DNA of 64,000 nt from Mytilus trossulus (taxonomy: Eukaryota): the NCBI RefSeq assembly GCF_036588685.1, contig NW_026963290.1, positions 5,270,001 to 5,334,000 on the forward strand, written 5' to 3'. Both the position numbers and the translations under genes were made by a program. The notes below the pieces were generated by a model that worked only from the letters and a program-made list of their open reading frames with translations, did not search any database and was not told where the DNA came from. Every line of letters starts with the position of its first letter. The first letter of the stretch is position 1. Of the stretch, positions 51,901-64,000 are shown piece by piece.

Positions 51901-54900
51901 CCACATCTACCTGTTATCTTTGATGTTTGTAATTTTAATATCGCAATTAATTTCAACAGGAATACGATCGTGGCTAATCAAACAAGATATACAATCGCAC
52001 ATGGCTTGGGATTCATTAAAATAATTTCTAATATCCATTTGACTTCAAAATGTTTTATTTTACATCAATTATAAAGGTATTGCAAACGGACTTAAAATAA
52101 GTTAAATTAAATGAAAAATATTCAAAAACAGGATTTTAAAAACTTGTCTTTAGGAATTAAAAAATAACAAGACGGTAAGTGCTGAAAAAAAATATTTGAA
52201 GGTGTGTGTTTGTGAGTTGAAATAAAACAGTTAAGATGGTGTATCTGTATGTTTTAAACAGAGTAATTAATTAATTTATAATCATTTTAAACATGAAGTG
52301 AAATACAAATGAATTACCTGTGATGAAATGCTCGCTACATATTACTGAGTGTTTTGTTGGAACCCACGGTGTACCGTCTGGTTTGTCTCTTTTAAGTGCA
52401 GCTAACCACTTAATTTGTCTGTCGGCATTTCTAGGAAATCTAAAGAATGATAATCTTTTCAGCATTAAGTTGTGATTTTTACAGCCAACTGCACAACATG
52501 ACTTGGGCATGTTTCAATTAAAATAACAATATAAGACACAGGTGCATTCACGACAAATTCTTTATTAAAAATGAGCATCTGCCCTATTATCTATACATCA
52601 AAGCTTCACCTCCTTGACATCGGAAATCGGCGTAACTAGGAAAGGGAGATTACTCGTTTTGAAAATGCCCGTATGTTCGGATAACAGAATTTGACAATTA
52701 CTGTAAGAAAAGTTGTAACTACATCTAAAGATGCCATTATTTTTATCAACATACAAGTGTATGCTACTCTTCCCTAGAAAAAAAATTGAAATATACATAT
52801 TTCAAAGATTCTACAACCGCATTTTTGTGTCGTTTCTCGCGTTACTTTTTGCTTCCGAAGAGCATAACGCTGACTGATTTATAGATAATCATCACCGGCA
52901 AATTCGTAACTTTTGCTTTCAAATAACAAAGAACATCGACCAATAAGAATAGTCAGAAGAAAATGCCGAGAACTATAAGCATTTATGTAGCAGATGTAAG
53001 AACAGTGGCGTGACTTTTGTGTCCGATTTCGTAACGCAAATTTTAGATGATGTAATCTGCTTTGTTGTACAGTAATAGAATTCTTAAAAACAATATGCAA
53101 ATATGAACTCTCGCGAGATGTTTAAACAGGTAAATCAGAGATGATTTACATTCTTGTTTTGATCTTCGTAATAATTAAGTAAGAAAATGACGTTATCGTT
53201 ATGCGTTACATTTCACACGAAACAGAAGTCCAGTTATTTATTAAAATTGTTTTTGTCCTTAAGTTCTAATCATTTCCGGTCATACGTGAAACATGTGACT
53301 AACATGTGATCACGCCCTTACAGCCGCACATACGATATACTAGTTCCAAACATTGTTTTTGTTTCCAACGGGATGTTAGCAAACATAATCTGTAGACTTG
53401 TTTCGACTTGTTTTAAAAAGGAAAATACACTTTTCAAAGAGATTGCGCCGGGGGTCAATTATTTTTCCTATGTGCATAATGTTACATACGATCTTGTGTG
53501 AAAATAAATGCCCAATTACTTGACAAAATCGATTTCAGATTTGACCGACGTTTAAACACACTACGTTTCCCAATAACGATGTAAAGGGTCCTTGGAAAAT
53601 GCAATCGAAATTACGTCTCTTATCATGGTGCCGCTGTTCATTGGATTGATTTTGCTTCAGCAGTAAATATTACTGGATAATTTAGGTGAATAAAGATAAT
53701 TAAATGAAAAATGCATGTTAATATACCGTTACACTTGGAATGTACAAAGTTGGTAACTTTGTCACAATTTTTAATTAATTTTTTTTATTCATGTTCTGCT
53801 AACACTTTTCAGAAACGCAATAAACTTGTCAAAGGAAAAGTAAACTTTTACCAGGCATGATTTGAAAGGAAGTACTTTATTGATTTTAGCCCACTAAAGT
53901 AGGTTAAAATGTGGAAACCATGTAGATGGTGTACAGGTCACAAATATCACATGGTGCCTATTTTAAAGATTTTAATTCCAAGTTAAAAGTTTTTTTCTTT
54001 ACTGGATTTAAAGAATTTTACATTGCCAATGATTTGGAATAAATTTTATATAACTGGAATTTCAAAACCAAATATAAATATATTTTTTTGGCCAAAACAT
54101 CAAGATACAACGATTATGGTATCCTGTATCAATGAAGAAAATATGGAAAATTCTGAATAAATTGTACTAATTGTTTTCAAAACAAGCACATATTTAGGAG
54201 TTTTATAATACTGTTACATTTAAGATGGATTTTAAGAAAAAGTATACTGTTCAGATTATTTTAAGCAGATTTTGCATTAAAATAAAACTAAAAAAATGCT
54301 TTCGGTTTCTTATGGTTTCCTGTCACATTTAAAAAAAACTTTAATATAACATCATGAACATTGAAAATAGATTTTAAATATTAACATGAAGCAAGTAACA
54401 CTAGTTATGGTGTTTATTTATGCTTTTTGAATTATATTGTGCAAAATAAAGAAAATAAAGATTGGTTTCCTGTTTGGTTACCTGTCACGTAAACGGTGAA
54501 TCAAAATGTATTAATTTTTTCTCGAAAAACTCAGTTGTTCCATTCATACTATTCTAACACCAACACAACCCACAAAATAAAAGTTAAAATTTTAGAACTT
54601 ATAAAAAAGGATACAAAAAGAAACCAAAGGCCGAATACCAAATTATGGTCCGTATACATTGCATGACATTGTTATATTTCAAATTGTTTTGTAAAAGATA
54701 ACATTATATAGTTATTAATTTTTCTTTTGAAGAATTCTTTTGTCATGTTTATTCATAATTAGGATTTTGCATTGTTAACATACATGTCAAAAGAATTTTC
54801 AATCTTCACATTTGAAGTTGAATTCAATTAGTACAACAACAAAAATGCAGTAATGCTAATTTTCTTCAACATACATGTACATATATTAATATAAGAATAA

Positions 54901-57900
54901 TTTATGTTATAGCCTACATTTTGAGTTTTTGTTATCTATATGTTTGCATTCTATTAAAATACATTTTTTGTGTAATTATTAATTTTATTTATAAATAGTG
55001 AATCCTATTCATTTTGAAATCAATTTAAACTTTTTTTAGGTGCTTTGAAAGATTTTGATGAAGTAAAGCCAAAAACAGCAACAAAAGAGGACCAGGGAAG
55101 TGCCAAGAAAAATGATTCCGTAAGCTAAAAAACAGCTTTTTGTTATGTTATATAATTTGTATATGTACCTGTAAGGTAAATGTCCATTCTATACAAATTT
55201 CAGAGCACGGTTAACAACATTTCCGTGGGCATGTTTTCTTTAGACTTGCTGACATCTCTATCATGTCTATGCTTCAAATTTATGTCTGATCATTGTATGC
55301 CCACAAGGCCGTAACTACCCTTGAGGCAAGTGAGGCAATTGCCTCACTAAAATTTCGACACTGATTATTTTTTTTATACATATATATAAATATAATAGTC
55401 ATTTGTTGTTCTGTCTCAACCTTTATGTCTATAACTTGTCATTATTCCTTTTAAACTATTCTTCCTGGATATAACTCAGCATCTCAACGGGTGATGTTTC
55501 TCGATTACATTAACCTAGTAACGATAATCATCATGGATCTTCAGTTAAAAACAGGCTCTTGCAGAAAAAGGAAAAGCGACACTTAAGGTAAATAAGGAAT
55601 AATTCTAGTAAACCAGTTTATTTGTGAATAGAGTCTGAGTATTGCATATAACTTCATTAGGATAAGTAGACTGACAAATCAAGTACTGGTCTCTGGAAGG
55701 GGGGAGTACTGTCTGTGTATTCATTTCAAGAACTTTAATCTTTCTCTTTACAGATAAATAAAATATAAATAATATGAAACATGAATGCATGGATTAGCTT
55801 TTATCCATGATGATGTTTCTTTAACCTTAAAAATTGAAAGAATATTCCATATTCCAATTTGATATTATTGAGAAATGGTAGAACCTTTAACACAGAATTT
55901 TGTCTTTACTTATTCGGGACTACGGAATTTCGTTTTTTTTATATACGGGGTTTCGGAATTGGACACACCCAACCCCTAACCCCTAAATTTATAGATTCTG
56001 GAACTAAAACATGTAAAATACCACCAACTATTTCCAGAAATTATAATTTGAAATTACGGAACTACTATATATGTAAACGTCAATTATAAACTCCATTCCA
56101 ATTCCCCTGTACCCATATCATATATACTTACTCTATAGATAGAATCATATATAGATATAGGAAGATGTGGTGTGAGTGCCAATGAGACAACTCTCCATCC
56201 AAATAACAATTTAAAAATTAAACCATTATAGGTTAAAGTACGGCCTTCAACACGGAGCCTTGGCTCACACCGAACAACAAGCTATAAAGGGCCCCAAAAT
56301 TACTAGTGTAAAACCATTCAAACGGGAAAACCAACGGTCTAATCTATACATGTATATCTTATCTCATTCGTTCCCTAGTTTGTCTACTCTTTGTCAGCAT
56401 AAAAGCGAGTTTAACATTTTGAGACCAAATCATGATTCTGAAACGATTTGACTGAACCGGCCATAGAAAAAATTGGCAAACTCTACTGAATCGATGTTAG
56501 TTCTATGTTTTAGCAGCAGACTCAAATCAGTGATATTTGGATGATTATCTTACATATAAATTTAAATAAAGTAATGAAAGTTGTTACAAATTTGGTGTTA
56601 GTAATTAAAAGTCTTAAAATATGAAAAATTTATATAAAAAGTGTCCAAATTCAAAACATTATCAAACTCTCTAAAAATGCCTAGAATGCAGGATTTTGCA
56701 CCATTCATTTCATACCTTCTCAAAAAAAATTAGTTTGCCTCACTAAAAAACGATGCCTAGTTACGGCCTTGGCCCACCATCATTGTCTGATGATTAAATG
56801 CCAGCCATCAATATCTGTACAATGTATGCCCACCATCAATATCTGTACATTGTATGCAGACCATCTATATCTGTTCATTTTATGCCCACCATCAATATCT
56901 GTACATTTTATGTCCACCATCAATATTTGTATATATTGAATGCCCACCTTCAATATCTGTACATTGTCAAAGTCAATGATTTTGAAGGTGTTCATTTACA
57001 ATACTTGCTTGTATAATTTCATAAACAATGCAGGTAAAGTGATTATGATGATAAAAAATACAGCCATTTATTTTTAGAAAAAAAAGTAAAAAGTTATGCA
57101 GTCAATACATTGATGTGTTTATATTTAAAAAAAAATTAATCATGTGTTTCAGGCATCACAGAAATCAGAAGCCTCAGGGGATCCATTGTCAGACATGTTT
57201 GCTGATGAGTTCTCAGATGATATGGCTAAACAGTTTGAAGAGGCCATGAAAAGTATGGTTGGTGAGGATCCTGAATTAGTTTCACAGATAGAAAAACTAG
57301 CAGCTGCTGCTGGCAGTGCAGGTATTGGTTTAATTGTTGAAATGATTTATAAGTCTATTACGTAGACAGCAAAAGGGGGAGGGAGGGAATTTGTCATTTT
57401 GATAATAAAAAGACTGTTACATATATATGTATGAAGACAATCTAACTAGGAGAAATTTGGACATAAAAAATTAGCTGTTCAAAGATGGTCTATTTCAATG
57501 TAAGGGGTGAAAATCATGATGATAAATAAGGGGCTAGTTAGTAGTAGTGGTACATTTTTTATTACATAGGATTTTTTTCAGAGTTTATAAAAACAAGGCA
57601 TCGTTGAATCTCAATTGACATTTATGAGTCCATAGTGTAAATTTAATATTAACTAAATACTCATTTATTTTATCAGGAAGAGGTATGAATGCATTATTTA
57701 TAATTTCAATTTTTTTGGATAGGCGATTCACAAGAAGCACAGCAAGAGTTTGCTAAAAACTTAGCACAAACCATGTCTAGTCTTGATGAGAATTCAGAAG
57801 AATTACAGGTATGTGGTAAAAACTCTGAATAATTATAGACTATCTATGGTTCTAACAATGAGAGGGAGTTATAATTAAAAAGAAAGACAAGTTCCTCAGG

Positions 57901-60900
57901 TTGAAAGTCATAGATAGTCTATTTATTGGCTTTTTATTGCTACTTTCTTAGGTAATGACCTTGACTTATGAAGATATTATATGGTCTCACTGCACTTTAA
58001 TTTAAAATACACTTGTAATCAAGTAGAAGGAGAAAAAAATGATTGCAACAAAAAAAATCAAAGCAAAAATTAAAAAAAAGGGGTAAATGGTTTTTTCTTT
58101 TGTTTTCCACAGAAGCCAATAGTTGGCCAAATATTCCTCTACTTCAGTTCTGGAAATCTCCTAATTCAGTAACATTAACAAATTTGGTAACAGTTACGGA
58201 ATTCAATAACTGAACTACAAATGAATTCAGTAGATTCAGTGTTTATTTGGTTTTATAAACATAAAATGGCATGCTGGGAACAATTTCAGACTGACAAATT
58301 TCTAAGATTCTGCCTGGTAAAATTAAAATCTATCTTTTGGTTGATTAAAACCGATATCAAATGTTCCAAAATCCTTATCATTCTCTTATTTTATTTATAA
58401 ATATTAAAGCCAAATAAATTCTGAAATTACCAAATTCATTAATGGTTCAGTTAATGAATTCGGTAACTGTTACTTCAGATTTCCAGAACATGACTTCACA
58501 ATTTTCTATGTCTACTTTTTTGTCAACTATAAAAGTTATGCTAAACATGCACTATCTGCCTTCTACTTCCTAAATCAGCCTATAACTTAAAAAAGACAAA
58601 AAACACAGATGTCTTAACTCTGTTTGTGAGAATTTAATTTTGTTGAACTTAATTAAATCTTAAGCCCAAGCTACACTGTTCTTTTTTGTTTAATGATAAA
58701 TTAAGTTTAGGAAGAATATACTTTTGTGAACAACGTTCATAATAGAAGTGAAAAGTGTTTGCTTGTATTATATTCATCAGAACTAAATGTATTAAGAGGA
58801 TTTTCATCCATCTTTTTGAAAAAAATGAGGTGAGTTCAAGGATTTTATTCATTTTAATTTTAATTTTCTTATGAACTATTACATAAGGACTAGAGTGTGG
58901 TAATTTACAATTATGAGTATATCTATTGCAGGGTCAAATGTCAGAAGATGATTTGATGAAAGCCTTCACTAGTATGGGTATGGAAGATGGACAGGAAGGG
59001 TTTATGCCAATGATGCAGGGGATGATGAAGTCATTGTTATCTAAAGAAATCTTATATCCATCATTAAAGGAATTATCAAAAAAGGTATAATCTTAAAACC
59101 AACTTATTTCATGACTTTTGTAAGTGGAAAATTAACACCTAGTAAGAGGTAATTGCAAATTGATTATTCTTGAAAATCAGTTGGTTTACAGTAGTGTTTA
59201 AATTTTCATATGTTGTCAAAACTTAAAAAAAAAACAAAAAAAAAACACATTTGTTTTTTGATTTGGGCAAGATTTATTTAATTGAGGATATCTTATGTAA
59301 ATTTTACACATTTAGCATTGGAAATTCTTTTGAATTGGAAACAAATTCATAATTATATAAAATTTATGAACAAAACACGCTATCGAATAAGACCAAACCA
59401 ATATAATTTAAAAAAAAAAGCAAGTCTTTTAAATGTCAATGATTAATTTGAACAAGTTCTAAAACTGTTGGGGAGGGGGGTGGGGAGGCATTGAGTTGCC
59501 ATCCACACACATCTAGTTGAAATCGTAAATTGTACATAATGGTTGACTTTTTCAGTACCCTCACTGGTTAGATGAAAACAAAGATAAGACAGCTAAGGAC
59601 CAGTTAGAAAAGTATTTACAGCAACAGAGGATTGTGGGTGAAATCTGTGTAGAATTTGAAACAGAACAGCCTTCTGAAACAGATGAAAGGAAGAAATTAC
59701 GATTTGAAAGAATAATAGATTTAATGCAACAGGTAAGATAAAATTGAAAAGAAAATTGGGAAAATTGAGAATGAAATTGGGAAATCAATCAAAGAAACAA
59801 CAACCTGACCAAAAAGCAGAACACAGCTACTTAAAGGCAATTAATGGGTCTTTAACACAACAATAAAAATTCCACTCCTGGGTGAAGGCTTTAGCTGGCA
59901 CCTATACAAATATGTGTACTAGTTTAGTTAAAATGGACCTCACATTATACTCCAAAAAAAAAAATAAAGGAGTTAGAATTTATAAAAACATACAACACTA
60001 ATGAAGGCCAGAAGCTCCTGACTAAAGACAGACACAAAAATGTGTCGGGTTAAACATGATTTGTTTGATTGCAACTCTCCCCAAATACCTTTAAACTATT
60101 AGAATAAACAAACACACAGAAATAAGGTTAATAAAAAATTACAATGAAATAGGGTTAGATTTGTGACAGTTTGGCTCCTGAAAGGGTATTGACTTTGTAG
60201 CTGAAATTTTTATCAATGTATTTTAGTCAAAAGAGATTTCAATCATTAGCTCATCTGATATCTGTCATCGGTTGTTGTTATCTGTCAACTTTTACCAAAA
60301 TCTTAAATATTTTGTTGAACAGTTGTACATGTACTAAAAAAGGGAGAGTGGAGAGGATTTAGTTTTATGTGCTATTTAAATTTTAGGTGTGTTAAGTGGT
60401 GATGTTTAAAGTTTTGGATCAGTTTTAGGTTTGATTTAGCAGTTATTTTATGTGAATAGACATATTAGCACAATAAATTCATATAAACATCAAGATTTAA
60501 ACTATCCAAAACATAGGTCTAAAGGTTTGTCCAATTTTAAATTCTTGGTTCATTGATACTTCCTAATCTTCATAAAGGTAAGGTATACTGATAAATTAAT
60601 TTCTTATTGGCTTTTAGTGTACATTTGGGAACATATAATTCAAATTGATTTTCAACTGAATAATTTTTCTTTATATCAGATGCAAGATCTTGGACAGCCG
60701 CCAAAGGAAATTGTGGGAGATATGGTAAGTTTTGTGTTGTATTCAAAGGTGATTTTCCTTTGCAATTGTTTTTTAAAAAAAATACTAAAAAATATTATCA
60801 TCATTGTTCAATGGTAACTTGCAAATGTATAATTCACCAACAGTAGCTGTGAAATAAGTGCCAATCTGTCTAAGAATCAGGCAGTGATTGAAAGACCTAC

Positions 60901-62939
60901 TATTTCGAACTCAGGATGAGGGTAACTTCAAAATAGGATGGAAGGTTTGTTCCAGCCATGTTCCATTTTTGTCGAGCCTTCGACTTTAGTCGAAAAAGCG
61001 AGACTAAGCGATCCTACTTTCCGTCGGCGTCGGCGGCGTCGTCGGCGGCGTCCACAAATATTCACTCTGTGGTTAAAGTTTTTGAAATTTTAATAACTTT
61101 CTTAAACTATACTGGATTTCTACCAAACTTGGTCAGAAGCTTGTTTATGATCATAAGATAGTATCCAGAAGTAAATTTTGTAAAAATAAAATTCTATTTT
61201 TTCTGTATTTTACTTATAAATGGACTTAGTTTTTTCTGCGGGGAAACATTACATTCACTCTGTGGTAAAAGTTTTTAAAATTTTAATAACTTTCTTAAAC
61301 TATCCTGGGTTTGTACTAAACTTGGACAAAAGCTTATTTATGATCATTAGATAGTATCCAGAAGTAAATTTTGTAAAAAGACAACTCCATTTTTTCTTTA
61401 TTTTACTTTTAAATGGACTTAGATTTTCTTCCAGTGAACATTACATACAGTCTGCAGTTAAAGTTTTCAAAACATTTATTAGATTCATTAATTATTCTAG
61501 ATTTTTACCAAACTTGGACAGAAGCTTCTTACAATCATAAGATAGTATCAAGAGGAATATTTTTATTATTTTTTTTCCTCATTTTTGTTTAGCCTGTGAT
61601 TTACAGCAAAAGTAGGCGAGACACTGGGTTCCGCGGAACCCTTACAAATTTTTTTTGGAATTACCTGATTCTAACAAACTAACAAAGACTAGCACCTTAA
61701 AAGTTATTTTTCCGATGATGTTTGAATTCTTTGAAAGTTACATTTTAAGTGTTAGATTAAAACTGATTTTATAATAAAAATATTATTTGTTTGAACAAAT
61801 GCTGCTATGAGAAAAGTGTTACAGATTCTCATTACTTGTTTTCTTCAAACTCATAATTGACCATTAGATGGTATCTTTATGTAGTTATATTAATGATTTT
61901 TATACGACTGCAAAAAATATTTTGGGACAGAGTTTTTTAAATAAACTCATAATTGACTATTCAGATGTTTTTTTTATGTAGTTATATCAATGATTTTTAT
62001 ACGAGTGCAAAAAGTATTTTGGGATAGTATAATGGTATGATGTCCTGGTCTGTGTCGTTGTCGACGTCGTCGTTGTCGTTGTCCAAGACACATAAGGTTT
62101 CCAGACAATAACTTTAGTTCAAAAGAATGGATCTCTATGAAATTTGATAAGATGGTACACTACCATAAAGGGAAGGTTGGGATTGATTTTGGGGATGATT
62201 GTTTTAACTGTTTAGGAATTAGGGGCCCAACAAGGGGCAAAAACAGGATAAAACTTGTTTATAAGTATTTCAATTGATCTGAAAGTATACCACAATGTTT
62301 TCAATACCACAAGTAGATTCATTTTGGGGGTTATAATGCCAACAGCTTAGAAATTAAGGGCCAAAAGGGGGCCAAAATCAAGCATTTTTCTAGTTTCCAG
62401 ACAATAACTTGTGTTTAAGAGTATGGATCTCTCTGAAATTGTACTACACGGTTCCATACTACAAAGGAAATACTGAGATTTAGTGTGGGGGTAGTTGCTC
62501 AACGGGGGGATTAAAAAGTTTTGTGGGTTCCAATTTGTAAGATATTGACATTTTTTTTTATGTCAGAAACCTATACTCTGTCAAAAATTGGATCACAATC
62601 CAAATTCAGACAGTATGAAGCTTGAATGTTGTGTCTTAATTTGCCCCAGCTGTTCAGGGTTCAACCTCTGCGGTCGTATCAGGCTTGCCTCAGCGAAACA
62701 GTTTATTTAGAGAGAATTGTGTTAATTGGAACATTGCTTTTCATTTTAATATCTAAACCTGTGCATTGCATAGAAATACAATGTAAATGACAGACTTTAA
62801 AATGACAAACAGACTTAAAATATGTCAATGTTGTTATAGAACTTATGTATGTTTTATTTTACAGGCACCCGGTTTAGACTTTGATGAAAATGGTTTACCT
62901 AAATTACCAGGGACTCAACAAGGATGTTCAATCATGTGA
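30933..62939 (+). CDS. PEX19: Peroxisomal biogenesis factor 19, 303 aa, 8 exons, intron 1 = 23,980 bp
   Basis: Exons 30933-31059, 55040-55119, 57153-57321, 57723-57808, 58932-59084, 59556-59732, 60680-60724, 62865-62939; GT-AG and in frame (912 nt). The PEX3-binding motif [16 protein letters not shown] spans the exon 1/2 junction. Also [33 protein letters not shown] and the C-terminal CAAX box CSIM. Confidence 0.95.
35049..46349 (-). CDS. Zinc finger + DDE transposase fused to a C-terminal DEDDh 3'-5' exonuclease, 857 aa, 9 exons
   Basis: Exons 46349-45997, 44509-44391, 43586-43332, 41813-41676, 40852-40453, 39487-39317, 38078-37994, 37581-37450, 35969-35049; all GT-AG with matching phases, 2574 nt, no internal stop. 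Zinc motifs CNRC...CQIC and CSIC...H.C; putative triad [10 protein letters not shown] / HADNDS / TQSNENFN; DKNH; HLFGDHSGC...WC; EGETY. Exonuclease motifs [28 protein letters not shown]. Confidence 0.88.
36771..37246 (-). mobile_element. Helentron/HINE-like insertion in transposase intron 8
   Basis: ACAAGTGAAACTG...AGCTACT...CTCACTGATGAT end, internal repeats, GACG/GACT/GACA microsatellite, terminal hairpin TATACCCCC...GGGGGTATA. A paralogous shorter copy lies at 38160-38471. Confidence 0.7.
38160..38471 (-). mobile_element. Helentron/HINE-like insertion in transposase intron 6 (same family as 36771-37246)
   Basis: Same terminal sequence, GACA microsatellite and TATACCCCC...GGGGGTATA hairpin. 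Confidence 0.7.
38869..39027. repeat. Long imperfect palindrome (foldback), 159 bp
   Basis: AGTATAACTAATCGCCGTATTTGAATA...TGGATTAAAC / GTTTAATCCA...TATTCAAATACGGCGATTAGTTATACT. Confidence 0.9.
42732..42852. repeat. Near-perfect palindrome (foldback), 121 bp, part of a ~460-bp insertion reaching ~43193
   Basis: TAAATAACACATAGCTGAGAGGGTGATAGAGCAGATTGGTACCCC / GGGGTACCAATCTGCTCTATCACCCTCTCAGCTATGTGTTATTTA; a partial arm recurs near 43109. Confidence 0.92.
45082..45670. mobile_element. TA-flanked Tc1/mariner(pogo)-type MITE in transposase intron 1
   Basis: TA|CAGTGGAGTCC ... GGACTGCACTG|TA, with imperfect ~25-bp TIRs. Confidence 0.75.
50930..51121 (+). repeat. 192-bp interspersed repeat, copy A
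   Basis: TAGATATAGGAAGATGTGGTGTGAGTGCC...CCAACGGTCTAAT differs from 56152-56343 at one position that I could find. Partial or related reverse copies lie near 5630-5712, 12870-12946, 13610-13690, 33120-33215 and 42330-42435. Confidence 0.9.
51257..52510 (-). CDS. THAP-domain protein, 157 aa; internally deleted ISL2EU-type transposase
   Basis: Exons 52510-52318 and 51537-51257 (GT-AG, 474 nt, open). THAP C2CH signature [10 protein letters not shown]...FFRFP...W...ICSEHF...DYVPSVF. Ends in [19 protein letters not shown], resembling the last helix of Harbinger/ISL2EU transposases; no DDE core lies between. Confidence 0.8.
55304..56771. mobile_element. Non-autonomous TIR element, CA...TG ends, 5-bp TSD, in PEX19 intron 2
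   Basis: CAAGGCCGTAACTA / TAGTTACGGCCTTG; GCCCA at 55299-55303 and 56772-56776; subterminal TTGCCTCACTAAAA near both ends. Confidence 0.85.
56152..56343 (+). repeat. 192-bp interspersed repeat, copy B, nested in the 55304-56771 element
   Basis: Near-identical to 50930-51121. Confidence 0.9.
56798..56966. repeat. Minisatellite, ~28-29 bp unit (ATGCCCACCATCAATATCTGTACATT)
   Basis: About 6 copies; source of spurious ORFs 56780..56995 and 56798..57016. Confidence 0.85.
60966..61652 (+). mobile_element. Helentron/HINE-like element with internal tandem array, copy 2 (PEX19 intron 7)
   Basis: TTTTTGTCGAGCCTTCGACTTTAGTCGAAAAAGCGAGAC start, CGGCGT microsatellite, ~185-bp repeats, GGCGAGACACTGGGTTCCGCGGAACCC end followed by a T-run. 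Confidence 0.78.
61896..62703 (+). mobile_element. Second HINE-like family (PEX19 intron 7)
   Basis: TTTTTATACGACTGC start (duplicated near 61994), GTC microsatellite, internal repeats (GTTTCCAGACAATAACTT twice) and inverted GCGGTCGTAT near the 3' end. Confidence 0.6.
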
Positions 62940-64000
62940 TCTCATAACATTCAAAACATGTGACAGCTGTGATATTGATCATGTGATATAAACAATAGAG
63001 CAGAAAGGGCAAGGAGGCATAGTTTTGGTGGATATAAAAATATTCGAAACTGATGTTGGTAGTAAAGCATTCTGGTTGTGGCAAACTTATATTGTCCTAT
63101 TTATAGGAGAGCTGTGTTTGTGATTAAAATAGCATACTGGTCTTTTATTCTTTATTTCTTGTTCTAAAAAACTTATAAAGCATTTGATAAAATAAGCATC
63201 TGATGTTAAAAATGAGCCTCAAATACACTTGGTAAATGTGATTACATTTACTTTATATTATCCTAGATCCCTATGATTAAAAATATTTGAAATAAGTAAA
63301 GGTATAGACAATTCATGTTTTTTAATGTGCATTTTTTTTAGATCATGAAGATGATTTTTTTAATCTAAAATATGCCTTTTTTGAAAAATAGGTGATATCA
63401 TATTGATTCACGGTGTTCATGTTAAAAGTATATCCATTCTTGTTTTCAGTTTGGACCGATATACATGTACTAGTTGAAAATTAAAATTTTTATAAGCGGT
63501 GCAGGGTTTTGAACCTTGTTATACAATTAGTTACACAAATGAGTGTTACCTTCTTTTCTTTGAAATTTAGCTATAAAAAAAACCCGATATATATTATAGG
63601 AATCCAATCAAATGTAATAAAACTTTCTTGTAGTTTTAGTCTATCAGAAATAACCCTTGTCACATTTATATCAGTGGAACTTATTTCATTAATAGTTTTC
63701 AACACAACAGTTTTATTGTTTATCTTGTTTTAATGTTAAGAAATAATATTTTATTCTGTACTTTCTATTTTTTAAAAAAAAATATATTGTGTTTAAAATT
63801 ATCAGTGATTTCACTCTCTAAAATAAAGTGGAAATACTAAATCAACATGAAATTATGTTTATTAAATTTGCATTTGATTAAAATGAATGTGTCTGAATAT
63901 TCTATTTTTTAACAAAATTTTAATATGCTAAAATATACATAGCAACTTTATCATGAACAAGTTATTACAGGTATAATTGCTTAATTATGAATTAAAAAGA

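Larger units (their letters stand above)
31465..52691. mobile_element. ISL2EU-like (PIF/Harbinger-related) DNA transposon, outer layer of the nest
   Basis: Perfect inverted repeat AATTCTGTTATCCG (31465-31478) / CGGATAACAGAATT (52678-52691), plus subterminal inverted motif CATCCGGGCAT / ATGCCCGTATG. Encloses convergent SWIM-YqaJ-PHD and THAP genes, the known ISL2EU layout. Ends fit a 2-bp AT TSD but are ambiguous by a few bases. Confidence 0.8.

Noticed and set aside
31465-52691. Endogenous virus or phage origin for the two exonucleases
   Set aside because: Both genes have spliceosomal introns and sit within TIR-bounded transposons; no capsid, polymerase or packaging genes are present.

Overview
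AT-rich, intron-containing animal DNA; the repeat types suggest a marine invertebrate, probably a bivalve (inference). It holds three intact conserved host genes: GSK3 (+, 9 coding exons, 7153-18395), LRRC58 (-, 3 exons, 26815-30543) and PEX19 (+, 8 exons, 30933-62939). LRRC58 and PEX19 are head-to-head. PEX19 intron 1 is ~24 kb because it contains three nested DNA transposons. (1) Outer: an ISL2EU-like element (~31465-52691) with a disrupted SWIM-YqaJ-PHD nuclease gene and a THAP transposase lacking its catalytic core. (2) Middle: a non-autonomous GGC...GCC element with a TTA duplication (31811-47826) that splits the nuclease gene's first exon. (3) Inner: a 14.4-kb Kolobok-type element (32039-46459; TTAA duplication, 13-bp TIRs). 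The inner element's 9 exons splice into an uninterrupted 857-aa protein: a zinc finger plus DDE transposase fused to a C-terminal DEDDh 3'-5' exonuclease with all catalytic residues present. This transposase-exonuclease fusion is the most interesting feature. MITEs, Helentron-type elements, foldbacks, minisatellites and a Penelope-like RT relic fill the rest. All gene models were assembled by hand from GT-AG sites and frame continuity; no database searches were run.
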